64,000 bases of DNA from Eledone cirrhosa (lineage: Eukaryota). Positions 53,279-64,000 of the stretch are shown here, in pieces. The translations under genes and the position numbers were made by a program. The DNA is taken from contig OZ024740.1 in assembly GCA_964016885.1 (NCBI GenBank), positions 79,298,001 through 79,362,000 of the forward strand, read 5' to 3'. The notes under the pieces were generated by a model. That model made no database searches. It was not told the DNA's origin and saw only the letters and a list, made by a program, of their open reading frames with translations. Positions within the stretch are counted from its first letter, which is position 1. Every line of letters begins with the position of its first letter.

Positions 53279-54459
53279 AGGGAATTCAGGCCAGGGGGAG
53301 TGTGGGTCTGTAGGGTGAAGATGGTTCGTTGTTCGACCCTGAGGAGAGTGGCGGGTGTTCCGTGGCATTGGAGTAGGCCACAGACTGTGAGGTGGTGTGC
53401 GGAATGTCCAGGGGCACCAAAGTGGCGGGCGATGGGGGAACTACCACTGAGACGAATATCTCGGAGGTGTTCAGTAAACCGGTCCGCCAGGCGACGTCCA
53501 GTCTGTCCGACGTAGGTTGAGCTGCACTCCGTGCAGCGAAGTCCGTAGTCTAGGTTGGAGGAGGTGCAGCGGAAGGCATGCCGGACAGAGAGAGAGTGGC
53601 CGTTGGGACCCTGGAAGGTGGTGGTGTTGGTGATGTGGGGACAGGTGTTGCAGCGGGGCCTGAACAGGGAAGGGAACCGGGGGGAGCGTGGGTCGAGGGG
53701 TAGGGAGCTGTGGACGAGGAGGGTGCAGAGATTGCGTGCGCGTTTGAAGGAGGGGAGTGGTGGGGCTGGGAAGATGTGGGAGGTGGAGGGGTCGGACTGG
53801 AGGCGTCGGAAGAGGCGGAGGATGGTGCGGTGGAGGGGTATGGTGTAGGGGTGGTAGATGATGAGGAAGAGGAGACGGTGGGTGGGTGTGCGGTGGCGTG
53901 GGGTGAGGGTGGTGGAGCGGTGGACAGCACGGGCGCGGGTGAGAGCGGTGTAACGACCGTACAGTTCGGGCGTGGGGCCGGTGTACTGGGAAAAGATTTG
54001 GGCCTCAACATGGCCAACAAAAAGGTTGGCATAGTTTGGGCCCATTCTTGTATCCATGGCTACCCCCGTGACCTGTTGGTAAAACTCAACCGAGAAGGAG
54101 AAACAGTTGAGGGTGAGGACCAGCTCGGCGAGGCGAAGGAGGGTGGGGGTGGAGGGGATGGGGGATGGGCGAAGGTCGAGGTAGTGCTTGAGGGCAGGTA
54201 GGCCGTCGGCGTGGGGGATGACGGTATAGAGGGACTTGATATCTAGGGGGAAGAGGAAGGGCTGTGGGTCGGGTGGGTAGGTGAAGGAGTCGAAAAGGCG
54301 CAGGGCGTGGTTGGTGTCGGAGATGTGGGAGGGGAGGGTGGATGACAAGCGGGACGAGGATGGAGTCAAGAAAGGCAGAGATGAGTTCGGTGAGGCAGTT
54401 GCAAGCGGAGACGATGGGGCGGCCGGGGTTGTCGGGTTTGTGGAGTTTGGGGAGGAAAT
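53279..54459 (-). pseudogene. GC-rich PLE family H: RT (internally deleted) plus GIY-YIG
   Basis: FLPKLHKPDNPGRPIVS, LDIKSLYTVIPH, GVAMDTRMGPNYANLFVG, YVGQTGRRLADRFTEH; catalytic YxDD region missing. Confidence 0.92.
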
Positions 54460-54477
54460 GTATATATATATATATAT

Positions 54478-54690
54478 AGTAATAATAATAAATTTGAAGA
54501 CTAAAATCCAAAGAGGGCTCGATAAGGATAAATATATATCAAATATATAAGAACCGTAGAGCAAATATTTATTAAAATAGCAGATTAAAGTTTAAGCAAA
54601 GAATCGCTGCTTTCACCCTTAACAGAAGATCCTGTTAAGGGTGAAAGCAGCGATTCTTTGCTTAAACTTTAATCTGTTATTTTAATAAAT
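54478..54690. mobile_element. Family D fold-back
   Basis: Inverted tail plus end to 54623, forward from cagaagatcc to ttttaataaat. Confidence 0.88.
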
Positions 54691-54714
54691 ATATATATAT
54701 ATATACATATATAG

Positions 54715-54742
<28 letters not shown>

Positions 54743-54748
<6 letters not shown>

Positions 54749-55031
54749 AAATGTGGAGAGGAAGCACACGAGTTAGGATATATATATATATATGAAAACT
54801 TCATATATATATATATATTCATAAGGGACGACTTTGACATGCTCAACCACCTCCCAACAACACTCAATAATGAACATACTCTACTAGTAACCTTTGACGT
54901 CATCAATTTATATTCCAATATCCCACACAACCTAGGTATAGAGGCAATACAATTCTGGCTTGAAAATTTCCCTAGTGAACTCCCACAGCGCATCCCTAAA
55001 GAATTTGTGTTGGAGGGACTCAAATTCATCT
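54743..55031 (+). repeat. Inverted duplicate of local segment 52727-53030
   Basis: Includes the family G RT piece, short TA tracts and the gaagcacacgagttagg insert, in mirror order. Confidence 0.9.
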
Positions 55032-55227
55032 GTTATTTTAATAAATATATATATATTTACCTGTCCCAATAGCTTTTTTTAGTTATTGCTCGCACCAACC
55101 TGAGGTATATGATTTTTAATGCGATGAAATATCAATGATGGTTGGCAAATCACTGACGAGGGACTAATTTTATCATGTGTAACCCATGTGCAACCACGCA
55201 GTATTCTTTTTCTTCTTATGTTTTATA

Positions 55228-57365
<2,138 letters not shown>

Positions 57366-57432
57366 TATAATTCTCCCTCCCGAGAATATTTCACTTGTAG
57401 CGGTCAATTGAAGAATTCGTCCTTACATTGAG

Positions 57433-57523
57433 GTCTCTTGAAAAGCTGATAGCCTCACGGCTCCAGTGCACTTTAGCTGCCCACTGTCTGCATACCACTC
57501 GGCAAAAATTGTACAATCGGGAC
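57433..57523 (+). ncRNA. Degenerate hammerhead, U3-A8 variant
   Basis: gtctc-TTGAAAA-gctga...tcggc-AAAAA-ttgtacaa-TC-gggac. Confidence 0.6.
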
Positions 57524-57589
57524 TTTGAATAAAAAAATTAGGTATATTTTGTCTATTTTGTCTTCACATTTATAATTGTTGACGCTAAA

Positions 57590-59139
57590 CTCCACCAGTT
57601 GCAGACTTCGCATCAACATGAGATATCAGGCGGATCCAGCAGGCGACACCGACGCTCACGCAACGTAACGTGGTTCAATCCTCCCCATAATGCCGAGGTG
57701 GCAACACCTATCGAGAAAATCTTCTTTAGACTCCTCGAAAAACACTTCCCACTACAACACCGCTACCACAACATAATCAACAAAAACACCATCAAACTCT
57801 CCTACAGCACCACACCTAACTTCGCACAAAACATCGTCTCCTAAAACAACAAAAAACTCAACCCCTATGGAAGAAATAACATAGACATCAGTGGAGAGCC
57901 GACCAGGAGGTGTAACTGCCCTGATAGATCTACGTTCCCCCTCAACAACAAATGCCGAGAACGTAACGTGATCTACCAGTGCAACGTGAGGACGGACACC
58001 TCCAACAAAGCTTATATAGGATTAACCGCGCGTGACTTCAAGACCCGGCTCTATCAACACCGACATACTTTCCGAAACCCGGTCCGGCGACATGCCACTA
58101 CACTTTCGGGCCACATTTGGGACCTCCAAGATAATAATATAACCTACAATCTCACTTGGAGCTTACTGTCCAAAGCTAACTCTTACACGGGAGGACGCCG
58201 TCCGTGTAACTTATGTTCGGAGGAAACATTACAAATGTTGTTTTCGAAGGACCAACTCCTAAACAAGAAAGAGGAACTGGTAACCGTATGCAAACACAGA
58301 TTGCGTAGGACTTACCTCGCCCTCAAACCCCATAACGACCCGGGTGGGTAGACAAGGGCTGATACCCCCCTACTTGCCGAATAAGTTAGGGGAAACCTCA
58401 GCTTACTGAGGTAGATGTATCTCTTTTCTTTTCTTTTCTTCTTTGTCTTCTTCTTCCCCCTGTTTCTTCCCACCCCCTATTTTCTTTCTCGTCTGCTTTT
58501 CCCCTTCGCCTACGCCGATGCAGCCCATCGGGCCTCTGTAGCATCAATTCCTCCACCCCTGTAATTTTAAGATAGAATTGGCCGAATACGTCTTACTAAC
58601 TACTTATAGCAGACGTGTTAAACCCCTTTAATTCTGTATCACTTCTGGTACTACTCAATTTCTACAATCTAATTTTCTCACTATCTAATTTTATATATAT
58701 ATTTTTATTTATTTCTATTATCTTTTATTTCTCCTACTCTCATTCGATTTACCTATTCTATAACCTCCCTCCTCCACTTCATACACTAGCCTTAGAATCT
58801 GCTGTATACATATCACTTTCAAGGCTTGACCGCTCCACTCACTCCCCTATTGTTCTACAGTCAAGTGCAGCCACCCCTACCTCCCACCAAATGCCACGAT
58901 AGACATATTTGTGTTTACAACAAATTTTAACCAATCCTCTTGACAACTACAATCTTCCCATATAAGGCTATTTATTCACCAGGCTAAAAATTCTAGTTTA
59001 GTCCAGAAATAGCCGTTGAAACGGCTTGACCTCTGCCGTCGGCGTCATACTTTTTCCTATTTCCAACTCTACTACCCTAAGTATTGAGTACTCTGGTGCG
59101 TTATGGTCCATCTGGTTCCTTACCACAATTCCTTCGTTA
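57590..59139 (+). mobile_element. 5'-truncated PLE, coding parent of family E
   Basis: RNVTWFNPP..KHFP..IKLSYS linker; ORF 57968-58351 IYQCNV..AYIGLTARDFKTR (GIY-YIG); ends in family E pLTR with decayed HHR (TTGACAA core near 58940) and tail. Confidence 0.88.
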
Positions 59140-59361
59140 TATATATATATATAAGTGAAATGAATACAAAGGAGTATATACCGCTCAGCTTATTTTCTCG
59201 CCGGCTAGATATGAACGCTTCTAATATTTAACCCTGTAGGCACAAGTATTGAGCATATTTGCACAAGCTATTGGCAACTAAAATATATGTATCGCTTATC
59301 TCTTCTTTTTTTCTCTCTCAATACTTAAACATTCTATATATATATACCACATTTCCTTCGT

Positions 59362-59463
<102 letters not shown>

Positions 59464-59464
59464 C

Positions 59465-59495
<31 letters not shown>

Positions 59496-60199
59496 CATAC
59501 ACATATATATATATATATATACATATATGTCGAATGAAATATCCGTTGATGCGAAGTTAACATTTCATTACTTATTTCATATTGTAAAGAAATAGACTTC
59601 ATCGTCAATGTCAATGAACAACACATTTTAAGAATACAAGCCATGAAACCGCATGTAAAGGAATGATGTCACCGGTACAATTTTTTCACGATGTTCATGC
59701 AAGAACCTATCTTAATCTTAAATATATTTAAAAAAAAAAAACGAACTAGTTTCCACTTGTTGACACACGCAAAAATTCTTCCTTGGGAATTCCGAAGATG
59801 ACCATTTCTGGTATGTTACAGACGACAACCAACAATCTACATTGCTTTCATAGCTTAGATACGCCATTACTTTCTGGTTGGTTCTCGTACAGGTTTTACT
59901 GACCGGACGTAATTTAGATTATGACATCCCAGTTTATATCACATAAATTAGCACACATATATATATATATATACATGACACTACACATTTTAAAAATAAT
60001 GTCACATTGAGCACTGAAACTATATAGAATAATAGCCGTTTATTGTGATCACTTAAAAACAGAAGTTAGTAACTGATTCATGAATTAAGCAGAGAGTATA
60101 TGACAATACTTAAACCCACTACTTCGTATAACAATATAATCATTTGATAACATTATCCGTGACTATATTAAGCGGTTTCCACTATATATATATATATAT

Positions 60200-60292
60200 T
60201 TATTTATTAAAATAATAGATTAAAGTTTAAGCAAAGAATAGCTGCTTTCACGCTTAACGGGATCTTCTGAAACTTTGGATTTATTATTACTA
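60200..60292 (-). mobile_element. Family D micro-element: complete HHR (60224-60274) plus inverted tail stub
   Basis: Reverse complement of 19484-19556, then ttggat/ttattattacta. Confidence 0.85.
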
Positions 60293-61914
60293 TATATATG
60301 TATATATATGTATATATATGTATATATATATATATATATATTTGTGTATTATGTGTGCGTCTATGTGCGGTGTGTGGGTGAGTGTGTGGATGTGTGTCTG
60401 CCTGTCTATGTGTATCCGTGTATGGGTGTGTCTGTGTGCATCATGGATTTAATTTGACCTAGCATTAAAGAGTATTTTCCCCATAGCATAAATAATGTTC
60501 TCTCTGCAAAACATCATCTTCTTACACGTCAAGCCGGATACATATAATAAACTTCACTTCAATTTTAGAGACGAAACTCTTAGATGATGGCGAGTTCTTG
60601 TCATCTACACTAAGCTGACGTGAAAAGCTTTGATTGTCTAGTTAGTAGTAAACTATATTTTAGATACGCTGTCTCCCATTACAGTAAAATCTGTCATATT
60701 CACTACATGGCAGCTATAAGTTATGAATAAAAACTTTGTGGTGAGAGCATAGAAATCGATATACATAAAAATCGATATAAGACATAAAAGGAAATATCTG
60801 GTGTTTATTGTAAACGAATCGTCATCAAATTTATCAATTGTATTATCCGCTGAATTTGTCCGCTAAATTACAAACAATGAATACACTTGTATTGGCTTCT
60901 TCCCTTCTTATTTTTTCTGTTTGTTTTTTTAAAGTTTTAATATTCCGCTGAAGATAAGGTCAGATTCGTAGGCAATGTCGATAGAAATAAATGGCAAATG
61001 TAAGAGATAATGTGGCGACCGTCAGCATGAATAGCTTTAATAGCTTACACTGTTTGATCTCATGATTTTGATTGGTCGAGCGACAAATGGGATTTCTAGC
61101 TATTGTAGAATATTGTGTAATGAGTTGTGCGAGAGTTTCTTTGGAAGTTGTTGAAACGTGTGGAAGAATGATGTGGATGAAGACATCGGGTTATCGACTT
61201 ATTGAGGTTGTTGTTTTACCCTTGTCAACTCTGTATCTTATAAAACGTTAGAGTGAGATTCGAGGAAAATTTGGCTTAGATTTCTAACAAGTCGAGTGGC
61301 AGAGGAAAGCTCCCTTCTTGGCTTATATCTGAATGTAGCGGATGTTAGACGGTGAGGAATAAATGGAAATGAAATTTTGTCCTTTCTATATTTCCCCACA
61401 TTTTATGTAAAATTAGGGATTACATATTTATTGATAACTAGCAACTGTAAATAAAGATCCCGTCTCTCCTCAACATGGTCATCTTTAAATAGCTCCAGAA
61501 CTCTGCTATTTTAGGGGAGAGAAGGATTTAGACTATATGTTGACATGCTCCGGGACCTAAATAACCGATGTATCAAATTTCGTTTTTATATTTATAGATT
61601 AGGATAACATTAAGCAATATATTGATCCAGCCAAGGGTCCTGAACTCTTGGTGAATTCATGAGGGGGCAATTGTATATAAGGGCAATCTTAGACATTCTA
61701 AACACGATGAAGCCGCTCCCTCTCCAGATTCGATTTCTTCCAGATAGGTGAGAAAGAAATATCGAAGTTGATCTCGGTGCTATTTGAAACCAGACTGCAG
61801 AGAACCAGAAGCATACTATCAGGCTTTCTTACGATTCTGTCAATTCCGTGCCCCACAAAAGCATTTTCTGATGTACACGAGATGAATCTCGGAACGGTAA
61901 CTAATCTCTCATAG

Positions 61915-63193
61915 GCTAAGGTCACAAGAGCTGTTGAAGAACTCAAATGTGGCAAAGCCGGTGAGGAAGATGAAATCCGGTCCCAGATGCTTGAATAGAG
62001 AAGGTATTCTCTGGCTGACTTGTGTGTGCTGGGTGGCCTGGATCTCTATAAAGGTACCTAAGCAATGGCAATCAAGTTTCAAAGAGGGAGACAAGAGTGA
62101 TTGTTCCAATTACAGAGGGATCTCCTTGTTAAGCCTCTCCGGTAAAGTGCTTGCTAAGTGTCTGGAAAAGAGATGCAGGGAGATGTCGAGTCCAAGCTAG
62201 CTGATGAACAGTGTGGTTTTCGCTCCGGACGCAGCACAGCCGACCAAATATTCATACTGCGGCAGGTATTCGAGAAATCGTGGGAGTATTGCTAAGAGGT
62301 ATGCCTTTTCAAGGTTGACAAAACAAGAGTTTTGTCAACCTTGAAAAGGCGTATGACCGCGTTCCTCGGGATCTGTTGTGGAAGGTTGTGCAGGGGTATG
62401 GAATCGATGGTCAGCTTTGCAGACGACATGGTGTTACTTAAATCGACAGAAGGTGATCACCAAGTCTGATGCCGAGTGCTGTATAGTTGGAATGAAAATC
62501 AGTGCTGCGAAAACTGAGACACTCATCCTTTCAAGAAAACCTGCACGGTGTACTCTACATGTGAATGGAGTTCCACTGAAGTTGGTAGAGAAGTTCAAGT
62601 ATCTCGGGGCCGTGTTCACGACTGATGGAAAACAGGAGGCTGAATTAAGTACAAGAATTACACCAGCTTCAGCATTCAGGAATCAGAAAAAGTGAGGTAG
62701 ACGTAAAAGCAAAACTCGCTATCTTTAATTTGGTATTCGTGTTAACCCTTACTTATGGTCATGAAACTTGGGTAATGATCGAAAGAATACGACCGCGAAT
62801 ACAAGCGGTCGAAATAGGGTTCTTCCGAAGGAACTTTAGAGTGTGTAGCTCAGAGATCAGAGAGTCACCACTTCTCCGAATTGAGAGATCGCAGCTCCGA
62901 TACTATGTGTATGTGTTTAGAATGTCGCAGGAAAGAATCTCTGGACAGATTTTACGGGCAAAAACTAACTGGTAGGAGACACAGGGATAGACCCCGAGCA
63001 AGATGGTTGGATAACATCCATGAGCTTGGCTGATCACGGTTGGGGATCCAGCTGGATCAGTTGGAGACGGTTGCTTCTGACAGGACGCGCTGGAGGGAGT
63101 GTTTGAGGACTTTTCCCTCAAGATCTTCTCAGTAATATGTGGGTGAAGAAGAAGAAGAAGAAGAAGAAGAAGAAGAAGAAGAAGAAGAAGAAG
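61915..63193 (+). pseudogene. Decayed RTE-clade LINE RT with (GAA)n tail
   Basis: CSNYRGISLLS, EQCGFRSGRSTADQIF, LEKAYDRVPR, FADD, FKYLG, LTYGHETW; many stops and deletions. Confidence 0.9.
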
Positions 63194-63339
63194 GGGGAGG
63201 AAGAGGTGGAGGAGGAGGAGGAGGAAGAGTATGGTATTTTGGAAAAGGCTAGTTTTAGTATATTCTTGTTTTACTGGCTGACTGGACACATACGCGCTTT
63301 TTCTCCAAAGATTTTTTTTCTGTTTGTTCCTCTTCTCAC

Positions 63340-63495
63340 TCTCTAGCTTTCTATTTCTTTTATTTCTCATTCATCATCTAATGAAGGACTAGTGTCCGAA
63401 ACGTTAAGACTCTTTTGCTACTATATCAAGCGTTAATCTGATATATATCTTCATTACATTGTATTGTTTGCTTTGTTATTTTCGTTTACTTTTCA
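63340..63495 (+). mobile_element. Diverged family J pLTR; HHR 63374-63409 (G5A)
   Basis: CTAATGA-a ggac tagt gtcc-GAAA-cg-TT-aaga; aligns with 37260-37398. Confidence 0.72.
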
Positions 63496-63516
63496 CACAC
63501 ACATGCACACACACAT

Positions 63517-63596
<80 letters not shown>

Positions 63597-63600
<4 letters not shown>

Positions 63601-63777
63601 GGAAAAGAGTCCGGCCGTTTCGACAGCTAGATCTGAACAGTTCAGATCTAGCTGTCGAAACGGCCGGAGCTCAGCCATCGGGATCCTGACTCTTTTCCTA
63701 TTACCCACTCTACTACCCTAAGTATTGAGTACTATGGCGCGTTATGGTCCATCTGGTTCCTTACCACACCTTCTTTG

Positions 63778-63780
<3 letters not shown>
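63597..63780. mobile_element. Family E-related fold-back with tail
   Basis: Palindrome ccggccgtttcgacagctagatctgaac-a-gttcagatctagctgtcgaaacggccgg followed by the family E tail. Confidence 0.85.
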
Positions 63781-63825
<45 letters not shown>

Positions 63826-64000
63826 GCATGTATGTATGTATGTATGTGTGTGTGTATATATATATATATACATACATACACATATATATATATATGTATA
63901 TATAAGTATATAAGTATATATACATATATATATATATATGGGGGTGTGCGCGCGTGCGTGTGTGTGTATGTTTGTGTATGTGTATGTATACATGTGTCAT

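Noticed and set aside
53143-54564. 473-aa ORF as a single gene
   Set aside because: Chance in-frame chimera of family D tail, (TA)n, deleted family H RT/EN and family E sequence.
55095-55145. Hammerhead ccaac-CTGAGGT...GAAA-tatcaatgatg-gttgg
   Set aside because: Stem I pairs but A9 and the UH are lost; at best a relic.

Overview
AT-rich eukaryotic genomic DNA full of (TA)n/(CA)n microsatellites. The SINE families suggest an octopod cephalopod, which is an inference. No host protein-coding gene, rRNA, real tRNA gene or CRISPR array could be supported. The window is dominated by Penelope-like retroelements (PLEs: RT plus C-terminal GIY-YIG endonuclease) and their short non-coding derivatives, nearly all inserted in (TA)n tracts. 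By eye I count more than 30 intact or decayed type I hammerhead ribozyme (HHR) motifs from roughly 15 sequence families, on both strands. One near-intact 4.9-kb Neptune-type PLE (21967-26876) has direct terminal repeats and a coiled-coil ORF1 joined to RT by an in-phase T TTT TTA -1 slippery site. Many small insertions share a fold-back design: (TA)n - inverted copy of the 3' end plus an extra tail - junction in or near the HHR - forward copy ending at an internal ATAT-like site - (TA)n. Several families carry a U3-A8 covariant HHR core. Also present are tRNA-derived SINEs, Tc1/mariner-type MITEs, decayed RTE and CR1 LINE pieces, a 30-bp minisatellite and an SGNH-esterase/BACK-like fragment pair. 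Family letters (A-N) are my own labels, and coordinates were read by eye (about +/-10 nt at element ends).
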